In this document: in pieces, positions 50,749-61,392 of the stretch
Layout of the letters: each line of letters begins with the position of its first letter
Position numbering within the stretch: position 1 is the first letter of the stretch
Origin: Pseudomonadota bacterium
GTDB taxonomy: Bacteria > Pseudomonadota > Gammaproteobacteria > Arenicellales > UBA868
DNA length: 64,000 nt
Direction: 5' to 3'
Assembly (NCBI GenBank): GCA_018672825.1
Contig: JABHUE010000096.1
Span: 28,890-92,889, forward strand
Position numbers and translations under genes: made by a program
Notes under the pieces: model-generated
Told to the model about the DNA's origin: nothing
What the model saw: only the letters and a program-made list of their open reading frames with translations
The model's database searches: none

Positions 50749-52185
50749 TTAAGACCGAGCGGAGCCTCTTTTACCCCAGCGGCTAACCTCAACCCCGGCC
50801 AGCATCGCTGCCAATCGGTGCCGGATGATCCAAAGACATACAAGCGATGGTGTCACCATAGCAGCAGTAATGATGAAGAAAAGACCCCAATCGCCGTCTA
50901 GCCAGTCCACCATAGCCCCTGAGGATGAAGCAAAAAGGGTGCGGCCGGCCGTGCCAATGGACGCCAGGAGCGCGTATTGCGTTGCGGTGTATGACCGGTC
51001 GACCAACATCGATATAAATGCGACGAAAGTGACCGTCGCAAACGCGCCTGTCAAATCATCCATGACGACTGCAAAGGCGAAGAGCGCTTCTGATTTACCG
51101 GACCAGGCAAGCAATGAAAACAACAAGTTTGTCGCGGCCATCAGAAAACCCGCCAGGAACATAGCGCGGACCAATCCCGCTCGAACCGCGAACAATCCGC
51201 CCAATATCGTAAAAGCGACCGTCGTCACCCAGCCCAACCCTTTCGAGTAGACGGCAATATCATTCTTGGAAAATCCGATCTCTTTATAAAAAACGATCGA
51301 CATCCGGCCCAAGAACGCCTCACCGATCTTAAACAGAAATATAAATCCAAGTACCGTCAGCGCAATCGCAATGCCGTTGCGTCGGAAAAAACTCAGTAAT
51401 GGCTCAATAAGCGTATCAGCAAGCCAACCGCATGTCCGTCTAAAAAACTGCAGATGTCCCGTCGACGCATTAGACCCGGGGAGGGTCTGATCCTTTGTTG
51501 TAAAACTATTTTTATGTTTTGCTTCCGGCACAAACATCAGTGCCAGATTAGACGCCACAATCACTAGCCCCAACACCAGGAAAGTGGCTTGCCAATAACC
51601 AACAACACCTGCTTGCTCAAACCACTGCGCCAAAAAAAGTGTGGCTGCGCCACCTAATTTAAAGCCAGTCCACCACCCGACGACCGCGACGGCTGCACCT
51701 GCCGCCATAGCATTTCCTTCATCTTCCCCCACCTGTTCAATTCGAAGGGCATCAACACTGATATCTTGTGTTGCAGAAGCAATCGCGATCATAAGCGCGA
51801 CGGAAATAACAATCGCAAGGTTTACGGCTGGATCAGAAAAACTCCAGATCACCAAACCAAGCAAAATAATCAGTTGCAAGCTGACGATCCAAGCCCGCCG
51901 CCGGCCAAGTCGATCACTCAAAAACGGGATTTGGACCCGATCGACCAAAGGCGCCCAGAGAAAATTAACGGCATAAACGCCAAAAACAAGTCCCGCCCAT
52001 CCAATCGTACTCCGACTGAGACCATCCTCTTTAAGCCAGAGGCTCAACGCGCTGCCGATTAATACCCAGGGAAATCCGCTGATAAATCCCAAGAGGGCAA
52101 TTTTTGCCATTCGGGGATCTTGGTAAATCCTCAGCGATTCCCAAAAAGAGCTCGCGCCACCCTGGACACGTTTGACTTGAGACAT
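50749..52185 (-). CDS. ampG: AmpG-family muropeptide MFS permease
   Basis: GFISGFP, FLWAPLVD, SATQDISVDALRIE, TATQYALL. Confidence 0.9.
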   Translation of the reverse strand: MSQVKRVQGGASSFWESLRIYQDPRMAKIALLGFISGFPWVLIGSALSLWLKEDGLSRSTIGWAGLVFGVYAVNFLWAPLVDRVQIPFLSDRLGRRRAWIVSLQLIILLGLVIWSFSDPAVNLAIVISVALMIAIASATQDISVDALRIEQVGEDEGNAMAAGAAVAVVGWWTGFKLGGAATLFLAQWFEQAGVVGYWQATFLVLGLVIVASNLALMFVPEAKHKNSFTTKDQTLPGSNASTGHLQFFRRTCGWLADTLIEPLLSFFRRNGIAIALTVLGFIFLFKIGEAFLGRMSIVFYKEIGFSKNDIAVYSKGLGWVTTVAFTILGGLFAVRAGLVRAMFLAGFLMAATNLLFSLLAWSGKSEALFAFAVVMDDLTGAFATVTFVAFISMLVDRSYTATQYALLASIGTAGRTLFASSSGAMVDWLDGDWGLFFIITAAMVTPSLVCLWIIRHRLAAMLAGVEVSRWGKRGSARS

Positions 52186-52245
52186 AAACCAGTTACCCGC
52201 TAAACCTGATTCGCTTGCCGAGAGCGATCAAGAGATGAATAATCA

Positions 52246-53034
52246 TCAACTCTGTAGCCAGCGATCACTGACCCGATAATCAATGATTAAAGGTGAATGA
52301 TCTGAAAACCGTTCATCCTTAAAAATCTCGGCCGTGTGTGCGCGCTTGGCAATCGTCGGGGTAGCGATCTGGTAATCAATCCGCCAACCCACATTGTTCG
52401 CCCAAGCCTGCCCCCGATTCGACCACCAGGTAAATTGATCCGGGCCAGATTCAATCTGCCTGAAGACATCAACCATGCCACCATCACTTGTCCACCAGTC
52501 CATCCACGCTCGCTCATCTGGCAAAAAGCCAGAGTTCTTCTGATTGGAGCGCCAATTTTTAAGATCGATCTCTTTATGCGCGATATTGATGTCACCACAA
52601 ATAATATATTCCCGTCCGCTTGACGCCAACTTCTTCAGATATGGCTTCAACCGCGCCATCAGATCGTATTTAAAAAGTTGACGCTCCTCCTTACTTGTGC
52701 CTGAAGGCAGGTACAAAGACACAACACTCAGCCGACCATAGTCCACTTGTACCCAGCGACCCTCGTGATCAAGATCTTTCCAGCCCAGTCCTTCAATCGT
52801 CCTGTCGGGCTGCCGTTTGGAAAACAATGAAACGCCGCTATAGCCAGGCTTCTGCGCATCGACGTAGGCGACGTGGTAACCCGTTGGAAAAAAGATGTCA
52901 TCGGTACGCTGATGAGGCTGAATTCGAGTTTCCTGCAAGCAGACAAAATCCGCCTGTTGTTTTGCCAGCCACTCAAAAAAGCCTTTTCGGGCGGCAGCGC
53001 GGATACCGTTGACGTTTAGCGTTATGATTCGCAT
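52246..53034 (-). CDS. xth: Exodeoxyribonuclease III / AP endonuclease
   Basis: NVNGIRAA, LQET, GDIN, WRIDY, SDH catalytic set intact. Confidence 0.92.
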   Translation of the reverse strand: MRIITLNVNGIRAAARKGFFEWLAKQQADFVCLQETRIQPHQRTDDIFFPTGYHVAYVDAQKPGYSGVSLFSKRQPDRTIEGLGWKDLDHEGRWVQVDYGRLSVVSLYLPSGTSKEERQLFKYDLMARLKPYLKKLASSGREYIICGDINIAHKEIDLKNWRSNQKNSGFLPDERAWMDWWTSDGGMVDVFRQIESGPDQFTWWSNRGQAWANNVGWRIDYQIATPTIAKRAHTAEIFKDERFSDHSPLIIDYRVSDRWLQS

Positions 53035-53065
53035 AGATCGACCTTAATCAAAGATAAGAGCAAAA

Positions 53066-53740
53066 ATGAATACCCAAGACCATCAAAGGGAGCATGCATT
53101 CCTAGATTTCGCGCTTGAGACCGGGGTACTGCGTTTTGGTGAGTTTACTCTCAAATCTGGTCGGATAAGTCCGTACTTTTTTAACGCTGGACTCTTTAAT
53201 AGCGGTAGATCCCTATCCCGCCTTGCCGCGTTCTACGCGTCTGCTCTAAATCATCTTGAACCCGAGCCATTTATGCTCTTTGGTCCCGCCTACAAAGGAA
53301 TACCACTTGCTGCATCAACAGCAGCGGCCCTGTCGGATCATCACCAGCGTGATATCTCCTTTGCGTTCAATCGAAAAGAAGCGAAAGATCACGGTGAAGG
53401 CGGCCAGCTCGTGGGCGCCACCCTTCAGGACAATGTGATCATTATTGACGACGTCATAACCGCCGGCACATCAATAAGGGAATCTGTAAATCTAATAAAA
53501 CAAGCGGGCGCGCAACCGGCCGCGGTGATTATTGCCTTGGATCGAGAAGAGGCCATCACTGAAAACGGTGAGTCCGCCATTCAATCGATGGCGACCCTGT
53601 TTGATCTGCGAGTTCACGCTCTCGCGCGTTTTAGCACGCTTCTCGAATTCCTGAAAAATCGCCCGCAGCTAATCGAGTTCCTGCCCGCGCTCGAGCAGTA
53701 TCAGACTCGTTATGGCACGGGCGCATCAAACCGGACTTAG
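53066..53740 (+). CDS. pyrE: Orotate phosphoribosyltransferase
   Basis: LKSGRISPYFFNAG, RKEAKDHGEGG, IIDDVITAGT. Confidence 0.97.
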   Translation: MNTQDHQREHAFLDFALETGVLRFGEFTLKSGRISPYFFNAGLFNSGRSLSRLAAFYASALNHLEPEPFMLFGPAYKGIPLAASTAAALSDHHQRDISFAFNRKEAKDHGEGGQLVGATLQDNVIIIDDVITAGTSIRESVNLIKQAGAQPAAVIIALDREEAITENGESAIQSMATLFDLRVHALARFSTLLEFLKNRPQLIEFLPALEQYQTRYGTGASNRT

Positions 53741-53741
53741 A

Positions 53742-53778
53742 TTAACCCACTGAAGCGAATAAAACTGCAGTGGGTTAA
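53742..53778. terminator. Stem-loop between convergent genes (probable terminator or RNA stabiliser)
   Basis: ttaacccactg (53742-53752) / cagtgggttaa (53768-53778), 11-bp stem, 15-nt loop, no long U-tract. Confidence 0.5.
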
Positions 53779-53792
53779 CCCGGATAAATAAT

Positions 53793-54347
53793 CTACTCTG
53801 CCGGATTGAAGCTAAATTTTTGTCCGCCGATCGATGCCTCGTACATCAAACCACCAATCGCTAAGGTGAAAATCGCGACACCGTGTTCATAGGCGGCATC
53901 TGCAGACGCACCCGCCGTGACCGCAACCGCTGAAGCCTGCGCGCTAAATTCCATTTTTTCGGCCTTAAAGCGCTCCAGTGCATCTTCCTCACCGAAGAAA
54001 ATAACCTCTGAGTATGCTTGTCCACCAAATTGGAGTCCGTAGGTTAACTGGGAGAGCTTCGCATCACCGATGAACTTTCCTTTTTCGTACACCTGCCCCG
54101 TTCCGTAGGCACCGCCCACCCCGATCGCCGCCTTATAAATCTTTGGGAATACTGCATAGCCGTGCGCACTATCAAAAAAACCTTGCATATTCGCATCCTG
54201 TTTTAGAAACGCGGCTATCGTTGCGTCAACCTCTTCGGTGCTTGTTGGTTTATCTTTGTCGTCTGGATCCCAACCCGCATTCGCTGTTAAAAATGACTGG
54301 CTCAACACCAAAATCAATCCCGCAATAAAAATATTTATTCGCTTCAT
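53793..54347 (-). CDS. Exported YSC84/SYLF-domain lipid-binding protein
   Basis: Signal peptide, GYAVFP, GVGGAYGTG, GLQFGGQ, GGLMYEASIGGQKF. Confidence 0.8.
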   Translation of the reverse strand: MKRINIFIAGLILVLSQSFLTANAGWDPDDKDKPTSTEEVDATIAAFLKQDANMQGFFDSAHGYAVFPKIYKAAIGVGGAYGTGQVYEKGKFIGDAKLSQLTYGLQFGGQAYSEVIFFGEEDALERFKAEKMEFSAQASAVAVTAGASADAAYEHGVAIFTLAIGGLMYEASIGGQKFSFNPAE

Positions 54348-54509
54348 CTCGCTGTCCTCTTTTTCTATTTTCAGAAATTAAATCGCCCCAGATTTTAAAC
54401 CGATTGGCTAGAATTAAACAAACGTCCAACATCAATTAAACTGCCCGCGGAAATTCCCAACAGGACTGGGGGGCTTTTCTTCATCCGCTATCGAACCTCG
54501 AGTCGTTTG

Positions 54510-55559
54510 TTATTCACCACCCTCACCGATTATTTCTGCATTTTTATAAAAACGATCAAAATCCCGACCTGAATCGATGAACAATTTCTCAAAAAAACCA
54601 AGTTGATCGAAATAAGTTCCAACGGAAATTAAACCGGCGTTATTTAAATTCTGTTTGAACCAGTAATCCCAATTTGGGACCTTGCCAACGTCACGAAGCA
54701 ATTGGTAACTCTTCTTTAGATCATCGAAAATATAACGTTTAGGTAAGCGCTTCTGATTATTCGATATAGGCTTGGCATAAAGTATCTTTAATTCCTCCCG
54801 AGCGTTTTGAATGAGATCAATCAACTGATCGCGTTTCGTGAGTCGCTTCGCATATTGCTTAACCTCGACTTCCCGACCGTGCTCTCGTAACCACTTCGCC
54901 ACCCCCTCACGCTCCACAAAACTTGCAAATGATTCATTAAACGTGGAATCATTTTTTATAAACAAACGCTCATGGGCCAGCTCATGAAAAATCAAACCGG
55001 CTAACTCGGTATCCGGAAAATCTAATACAGAACTTAAGATGGGATCTGAAAACCAGCCTAGTGTCGAGTAAGCGGCCACGGGTCCGACAACAACCTCCAA
55101 ACCTTTGGCTCTAAGTCTTGCCGCCTCATCGCGAGCGGATTCTTCTTCAAAAAATCCAAGATAAGACATGCAGCCTACTATCGGGAAACAAAATAACTCG
55201 GGTGTGACCGAAAATTCTTCAGCTGCAACTAGGCTCCATAAGACAAATTCCCGGCCAATATCGGTATAGCGCTGATAACTCCCGTTTGCAGGCAAAGACA
55301 AATCACTCTCAGCAAAAGCTCTGATATCACTTAGGAGTAATAACCGATCTTTTAAATGCGGTGATGTCGCCGGATCATCGATCACCTCGACAATTGGACG
55401 GCTGTTCCACATGAGCCCTGCCTGACCCGCGGCGGCTTGGGTGTAGTAACTCAGACTTTGACAACCTGAGCTAAACACCGCAACAATAACGGCGAAAAAT
55501 CCAATTAGTTTCTGACTATTCAAAACAAGTCTGTATTTTTCTTGTCTTTTCATCTGCAA
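54510..55559 (-). CDS. Predicted zinc aminopeptidase (DUF2265-like lipoprotein)
   Basis: Lipobox-like SSGC, AYSTLGWFSDP, IFHELAH..NES HExxH metalloprotease motif. Confidence 0.8.
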   Translation of the reverse strand: MQMKRQEKYRLVLNSQKLIGFFAVIVAVFSSGCQSLSYYTQAAAGQAGLMWNSRPIVEVIDDPATSPHLKDRLLLLSDIRAFAESDLSLPANGSYQRYTDIGREFVLWSLVAAEEFSVTPELFCFPIVGCMSYLGFFEEESARDEAARLRAKGLEVVVGPVAAYSTLGWFSDPILSSVLDFPDTELAGLIFHELAHERLFIKNDSTFNESFASFVEREGVAKWLREHGREVEVKQYAKRLTKRDQLIDLIQNAREELKILYAKPISNNQKRLPKRYIFDDLKKSYQLLRDVGKVPNWDYWFKQNLNNAGLISVGTYFDQLGFFEKLFIDSGRDFDRFYKNAEIIGEGGE

Positions 55560-55731
55560 TATAGATTCAAAATGCGGCCTTAATTTGACAGCCCAACGAC
55601 TGTGATGCGTTTCTCGTTTCGAGATATGCGATTAACAGGTCTATCAAAAACCTTTGGGCGCTTGGAAGGAATCGGGGTAAATTCTAAGATAGATCATTCC
55701 CGATATACCGAAGCCAATGACAATAATTTAG

Positions 55732-56994
55732 ATGTCAGATCCATCTTCCAATCTTAAATGCTATCTGGTCGGCGGCGCCGTCCGCGATCGCTTGTTGGGT
55801 TTACCTGAAACCGATCGAGATTGGGTGGTGATTGGCCATGATGCCTCCGAAATGATACGTCTTGGTTTTCGTCAAGTCGGAAAAGATTTTCCTGTTTTTC
55901 TTCATCCGCTTTCGGGGGAGGAATATGCCCTTGCCAGACGGGAACGCAAAATCGCGTCCGGTTATGCCGGATTTTCGACTGATAGCAATCGCGACGTCAC
56001 CTTGGAAGAAGATCTCTCTCGACGTGACCTCACCATCAATGCGATTGCACGAGATCACGAGGGCACGTTAATTGACCCGCATAATGGTCAAAAAGATATC
56101 GAACAACGGACATTAAGGCATGTGTCGGCAGCGTTTACTGAAGATCCGCTACGCGTACTTCGGGTTGCACGGTTTGCAGCTCGTTACCACTCGCTCGATT
56201 TTAAAATAGCGCCTGAAACACTTTGCTTAATGAAAGAAATAAGCGCATCCGGCGAACTTGACTCACTTTCGCCCGAGCGGGTCTGGCAAGAAACGTTGAG
56301 CGCGCTCAGCGAAACTGCGCCTGCAGAGTTTTTTAGGGTGCTTGCCGCCTGTGGCGCGCTCAAACACATTTTTCCCGAAATCGCTGCACTACAGGGCATT
56401 CCTCAGCGATCCGATTTTCATCCTGAAGGAGACGCGTATGTTCACACCCTTATGGTCATCGAGGCGGCGACATCGCTTACCTCAGATACTCGAGTCCGAT
56501 TTTCCGCGCTCGTCCACGACCTTGGAAAGGCGCTAACCCCCAAAAACCAGTGGCCTCGACATATCCGACATGAACAACGAGGGCTTTCTATCATCAATCG
56601 CTTGTGTGACCGGCTAAGAATCGCTTCAGAGTATCGCGATATCGCCCTTCTCGTTTCTGGGCAGCACCTTGTAATGCACCGACTCACCGAGTTACGTCCA
56701 GAAACGATTTTAAAACTCTTGAACAAATTAGATGCTTTCAGGCGGCCCGACAGGCTCTCGCTTTTCGCTATGGGTTGTCATGCCGATGCTCAGGGTCGCG
56801 GTGACGGATCCATGATTAGCTATCGATCGCGTGATTTGCTGAAAGAATATTTCCGGGTCGCTAACGAAATTGATTTGACCCAGTTGCGTGACGCAGAGAT
56901 TTCGGGCGCGGAAAAGAAAATGATCGTCGCACAGAAGCGACTCGAGGCGATAACAAAATACCGGGATGCCACTCGAACGCCCAAATCGGCCTAA
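55732..56994 (+). CDS. cca: Multifunctional CCA tRNA nucleotidyltransferase with HD domain
   Basis: VGGAVRD..DRD, RRDLTINA, EDPLRVLRVARF, ALVHDLGK. Confidence 0.95.
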   Translation: MSDPSSNLKCYLVGGAVRDRLLGLPETDRDWVVIGHDASEMIRLGFRQVGKDFPVFLHPLSGEEYALARRERKIASGYAGFSTDSNRDVTLEEDLSRRDLTINAIARDHEGTLIDPHNGQKDIEQRTLRHVSAAFTEDPLRVLRVARFAARYHSLDFKIAPETLCLMKEISASGELDSLSPERVWQETLSALSETAPAEFFRVLAACGALKHIFPEIAALQGIPQRSDFHPEGDAYVHTLMVIEAATSLTSDTRVRFSALVHDLGKALTPKNQWPRHIRHEQRGLSIINRLCDRLRIASEYRDIALLVSGQHLVMHRLTELRPETILKLLNKLDAFRRPDRLSLFAMGCHADAQGRGDGSMISYRSRDLLKEYFRVANEIDLTQLRDAEISGAEKKMIVAQKRLEAITKYRDATRTPKSA

Positions 56995-57000
56995 CGGGTC

Positions 57001-57801
57001 CTACCAGAACCACACCAGCAAAGCGAAACCCAAAACAAGTCGATAAAGCACAAATGGCGTCATGCCAATCTGCTCGATCGATTTCAAAAACAGTGCAATA
57101 ACCACCCGGGCAGTCACAAACGAAACCGATATCCCCAAAAAAATTATTTCGAAGCTCACCTGACCGGGTTCAGATATAAGTGCAACCGCTTTGAGGCAGC
57201 CCGCTGCAGCAATAATGGGAACCGCCATTAAAAAAGAAAATCGAGCCGCATCACTTCGGGACAAACCCAACATGAGCCCTGCTGTCATGGTGATACCTGA
57301 TCGAGAAGTACCTGGAATGAGTGCCACTGCCTGAAAAAGCCCGATTAACAGTGCATCTTTAGGTTGCAGATCTTCAATTTTTCTTGTGCGCCTACCTTTT
57401 TGATCGGCCCACCAGAGGAGTAACCCGAAAATTATCGTTGAAATCGCGATAACAATCGGATCGCGAAGTGCTTCTTCCACAACTTTATTCAGCAAAAATC
57501 CAGCAATGACTGCAGGGACCGTTGCTTGTATCAGCAGCCATCCTGTTCGGCTTTCTACGGAGGCGCCGGTATCGCCCCACTGTCTGAACCAAGCCAATCC
57601 AATCGATTTAAAATCTTCTCTAAAATAACCAACAACGGCCATCAACGTTCCCATATGAACCGCCACATCGAACGCCAACCCTTGATCGGACCAATTAACA
57701 AAACGGGGTAGTAAAATGAGATGGGCTGAGCTCGATATCGGCAAAAACTCTGTCAATCCCTGAATCAAAGCCAACCAGAATGCCTGTCCATACTCGATCA
57801 T
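57001..57801 (-). CDS. uppP: Undecaprenyl-diphosphate phosphatase
   Basis: QGLTEFLPISSSAH, PGTSRSGIT, AARFSFL. Confidence 0.96.
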   Translation of the reverse strand: MIEYGQAFWLALIQGLTEFLPISSSAHLILLPRFVNWSDQGLAFDVAVHMGTLMAVVGYFREDFKSIGLAWFRQWGDTGASVESRTGWLLIQATVPAVIAGFLLNKVVEEALRDPIVIAISTIIFGLLLWWADQKGRRTRKIEDLQPKDALLIGLFQAVALIPGTSRSGITMTAGLMLGLSRSDAARFSFLMAVPIIAAAGCLKAVALISEPGQVSFEIIFLGISVSFVTARVVIALFLKSIEQIGMTPFVLYRLVLGFALLVWFW

Positions 57802-58970
57802 AGACTCAGCGTCCTATCGCGAAGAGAAAAACCTTCTAGCGAAATGCTCGCTCCTTTGCCCAGCGCTAAAACCTTGAACGACTCTCCCATTTGGGACGGT
57901 AATACCAGGCGCTTCACTTCTTGTGCTTTAGTGATTCTTGTTCGCTCATCATCCGTATTTGTAAAACTGGCAAGGTCAAGAAGGCCAAGCGATAGAAGAT
58001 ACGCCTCCTGACTGGTGTAACCCAATACCGAAAGACCCGCCCTCTGGGCTGCGTCCGATAATTGCGAAAAATTGACATGACAGGTGATGTCCTGAAGTCC
58101 GATCAAACGGAACGGATCATCATGGGCTTGATGTTGATAATGACATCGTAAGGTCCCTCGCGCTCGATCCGGCAGGTAATACTCCTCAGCGGGATATCCG
58201 TAATCAATAATCAGAATTACTCCACTTTCTAGGGTGTTAGCCAATTCGCGGACCCATGCCGAGGCCCTGGGGCAAACCTCCGATTCATATCCGTCAGGAA
58301 GATTATGGGCTTGTGCGATCTCGAATTCAGCGCCATCGCTGAACAGATCCTCTGTCCAATCCCAACCCACACCCGCGCCCTCACTCCGAACTCTTGCTCG
58401 TCGAATTCTATTTTTCTCGACCCGAAATCTCGTGACAGGGAAGGCATCCACCACTTCATTTGCCAACATGATGCCGTCGACGCGCTCTGAGGGCATCTCG
58501 CTCAACCACTGTAGCTGAATACCCAGTTCTCGCGCCAACGGTGTGAGCCTCTCTTTTTGTTTTTGTTGAAGATCGGGACTCAACTCCATAATGCAATAAA
58601 CGGATGGCAGCTGATGATTCTCGCTGAGCGCACGAAGCAGATCCTCTGCCAATCGCCCGGTGCCCGCCCCAAACTCAATGATTCGAGCGCTGGGTGACAC
58701 TTTGAGAAGACCCGCTATTTCTCGCGCCAAGCATTTTGCAAACAAACTACCACTCTCAGGCGCGGTCAAGAAATCACCTGTCGCACCGAATTTAGACGCA
58801 CCCGAAACGTAGTAACCAAGTCCCGGGGCATAAAGCGCTGCTTCCATAAACCGATCAAAACTTATCGCGCCGCCGGCCTCTCGAATAAGATCATGAATAT
58901 GCTGGGTAGCGGCCTGACTATGCGCTGTCGCCAATTCATCGAGTTGGGGATTAAAGTCACTTTGCATCAT
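57798..58970 (-). CDS. MidA/NDUFAF7 (DUF185) family SAM-dependent methyltransferase
   Basis: FMEAALYAPGLGYY, GDFLTAPE, EFGAGTG, NEVVDAFP, IDYG, QDITCHVNF. Confidence 0.9.
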   Translation of the reverse strand: MMQSDFNPQLDELATAHSQAATQHIHDLIREAGGAISFDRFMEAALYAPGLGYYVSGASKFGATGDFLTAPESGSLFAKCLAREIAGLLKVSPSARIIEFGAGTGRLAEDLLRALSENHQLPSVYCIMELSPDLQQKQKERLTPLARELGIQLQWLSEMPSERVDGIMLANEVVDAFPVTRFRVEKNRIRRARVRSEGAGVGWDWTEDLFSDGAEFEIAQAHNLPDGYESEVCPRASAWVRELANTLESGVILIIDYGYPAEEYYLPDRARGTLRCHYQHQAHDDPFRLIGLQDITCHVNFSQLSDAAQRAGLSVLGYTSQEAYLLSLGLLDLASFTNTDDERTRITKAQEVKRLVLPSQMGESFKVLALGKGASISLEGFSLRDRTLSL

Positions 58971-59102
58971 CGATCAGTCGAATCCTTTTGAACCATATCT
59001 TTCTACACGCCGGCTCCAAACAAACTTTGTTAGATTTGATAGTGCAGAATCTATTTAAAAAATAAACGCAATCTCTTAATTTTTTAATCAACACAAAAAC
59101 CT

Positions 59103-59858
59103 ATGACTACTAGATCAAGTTCCCTTAAAAATAAGTCCGTTCTGATAACAGGCGCGGCTCGCAGAATTGGCGCATCAATGGCAACCTGTCTCCATGATCA
59201 GGGCATGAACATTATCGTCCATTACCGACAAAGCGCAGAACAAGCCCAAACACTGTGTGAAAAACTAAACCAAAAACGTCCAAATTCCGCTCGACTTTGT
59301 CAAGGTGAGCTCAAAACGGTCGCCGACTGCGAGCAGATCGCCAGCGATGCAATCGAAACTTTTGGGCGACTCGATGCGCTTATTAACAACGCATCAGCAT
59401 TTTTTCCCACGCCTATCGGCAAAGCAACATCTTCGGACTGGGAAGAATTGCTTAACGTAAACCTGAAAGCACCATTCTTTCTATCCCAAGCCTGCACACC
59501 GTCACTGCGCGAGCGCCAAGGCTCGATTATCAATCTAACCGATATTTACGCGGAAAAGCCGCTTGCCGGTCATCCTATTTATTCAGCAAGCAAGGCCGGG
59601 TTACTCTCATTGACACGCTCACTGTCACAGGAGCTCTCCCCAGACATTCGTGTCAATGCGGTAGCCCCCGGCGCAATTCTGTGGCCAGAGGCTGGAGAAA
59701 GTGAAGAGGTACAAACGCACATCATCTCGCGAACACCGCTCAAAAGATTAGGTGATCCACTCGACATCGCACAGACTGTATTGTTCTTGCTACGCGATGC
59801 GCCATTCATTACGGGTCAGGTGATTAATGTCGATGGTGGCAGAACTGCGATCCCCTGA
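59103..59858 (+). CDS. folM: Pteridine reductase (FolM/PTR1-like SDR)
   Basis: TGAARRIG, NNASAF, YSASKAG, VNAVAPG. Next to folK/folB. Confidence 0.85.
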   Translation: MTTRSSSLKNKSVLITGAARRIGASMATCLHDQGMNIIVHYRQSAEQAQTLCEKLNQKRPNSARLCQGELKTVADCEQIASDAIETFGRLDALINNASAFFPTPIGKATSSDWEELLNVNLKAPFFLSQACTPSLRERQGSIINLTDIYAEKPLAGHPIYSASKAGLLSLTRSLSQELSPDIRVNAVAPGAILWPEAGESEEVQTHIISRTPLKRLGDPLDIAQTVLFLLRDAPFITGQVINVDGGRTAIP

Positions 59859-59869
59859 CTAAAACCTAC

Positions 59870-60361
59870 TTAAAGCGTTAAAGGCGCTTCGGTCAAAAGT
59901 GCTTTCTTGGGAATAGGTGTCTGATCCCATAACGCGCTCAGCGTCTCGCCGATCACGGGATGAACCATATTTGGCAAAATATCACTAAGCGGTTTTAAAA
60001 CATGGGCGCTATCAAGAATTTCCTTTCTGGGCACATCGAACCCCTGGTCATAAAAAATACCGTCGCCGTAGAGCAGCAGGTCGAGATCAATGGTTCGCGA
60101 CGACATTTCATCTTTTGATCGCTCTCGTCCCAATTGGTCTTCAATCCGATGCAACTCGCTCAGTACATCTTGGATATCGAGATTTGATTGATAGGACGCC
60201 GCGAGATTTAGAAAATAAGGCCCTTTAAATCCAACAGCTTCACTTTTAACCACAGGTGAAAATATCGCCTGTGGGTAACGAGCACGAATCTGATTAACTG
60301 AGGTCCGGATATTCGACTCACGATTGATATTGCTGCCGAAACTAACCGCGATTAAAGTCAT
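59870..60361 (-). CDS. folK: HPPK (2-amino-4-hydroxy-6-hydroxymethyldihydropteridine diphosphokinase)
   Basis: FGSNI, FLNLA, IEDQLGR, SRTIDLDLLLY. Confidence 0.92.
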   Translation of the reverse strand: MTLIAVSFGSNINRESNIRTSVNQIRARYPQAIFSPVVKSEAVGFKGPYFLNLAASYQSNLDIQDVLSELHRIEDQLGRERSKDEMSSRTIDLDLLLYGDGIFYDQGFDVPRKEILDSAHVLKPLSDILPNMVHPVIGETLSALWDQTPIPKKALLTEAPLTL

Positions 60362-60715
60362 TTATATCTGCCCGCGTTCAATCTCAACGCCCACATCCCT
60401 GGCACCCGTTACCGCGCCGCGCTTATTGATCTTAACCCGGCAGCCGCTTACGCCAAATTCTTCCGCCAGTAATGTGGCGATCCCCTCTGCGAGGCGCTCC
60501 ACGAGATTAGCCTTTGTGACAACAATGTATGCACTTACTTTCTTTGCAACGTCTTTGTAGCTGAGCGTATCCTCAAGCTGATCCGTTTGTGCGGCTGCGG
60601 AAATATCCCAGCCCATTTCCAGATCGATGATAAGTCTTTGCTGAATTTGCCGCTCCCATTCCCATACGCCAATCACACAAGTTACTTCTAACCCCTTTAC
60701 GAAAATCTTGTCCAA
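60362..60715 (-). CDS. folB: Dihydroneopterin aldolase
   Basis: IGVWEWER, LSY, LVERLAE. TTG at 60715 with AAGGGAG. Confidence 0.93.
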   Translation of the reverse strand: MDKIFVKGLEVTCVIGVWEWERQIQQRLIIDLEMGWDISAAAQTDQLEDTLSYKDVAKKVSAYIVVTKANLVERLAEGIATLLAEEFGVSGCRVKINKRGAVTGARDVGVEIERGQI

Positions 60716-60801
60716 GCTATGCTCCCTTAGCAACCGAACTTATATCGGTATCGAGTTTATACTTTAATTTAAATAACAACGAAGAACACAATAGACACGT
60801 T

Positions 60802-61392
60802 ATGACCTATTTTTTGTCCGCAATCGCGGGTTATCTTATTGGATCCATCTCAAGCGCTGTAATCGTCTCTCGCCTTATGGGACTTCCGGATCCTCGTCAG
60901 GAGGGCTCTGGCAATCCGGGCGCAACCAACGTTTTACGTCTTGGCGGAAAACTCGCTGCAGCCTTGACCCTGATCGGCGACATTCTAAAAGGCGCAATTC
61001 CGGTCTTGATTGCCGCATCGCTTACGGCTGAGCCCATGGCTATCGCGCTGGCAGGAGCCGGTTCATTCTTCGGCCACCTCTTTCCAGTCTTTTTTGGTTT
61101 TAAAGGAGGGAAAGGTGTCGCAACTGCGCTGGGCGTATTTTTAGCCATTAACCCATTTATTGCGCTCTCCCTTGCGCTTACTTGGCTGACAATTGCAATC
61201 ATTTTTCGGTTTTCATCGCTTGCCGCAATCATCAGCAGCGCGAGCGCACCCCTTTGGGCCTGGTGGTTTGATTCCAGCGACGTCTATATTGTTTTGGCGT
61301 TTGCACTGGCCATCATTCTCGTCTGGCGACACTCGGAAAATATAAAACGCCTGATCGCGGGCACAGAATCAAAAATCGGAAAAAAATCTTAA
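60802..61392 (+). CDS. plsY: Glycerol-3-phosphate acyltransferase
   Basis: [39 protein letters not shown]. Confidence 0.96.
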   Translation: MTYFLSAIAGYLIGSISSAVIVSRLMGLPDPRQEGSGNPGATNVLRLGGKLAAALTLIGDILKGAIPVLIAASLTAEPMAIALAGAGSFFGHLFPVFFGFKGGKGVATALGVFLAINPFIALSLALTWLTIAIIFRFSSLAAIISSASAPLWAWWFDSSDVYIVLAFALAIILVWRHSENIKRLIAGTESKIGKKS

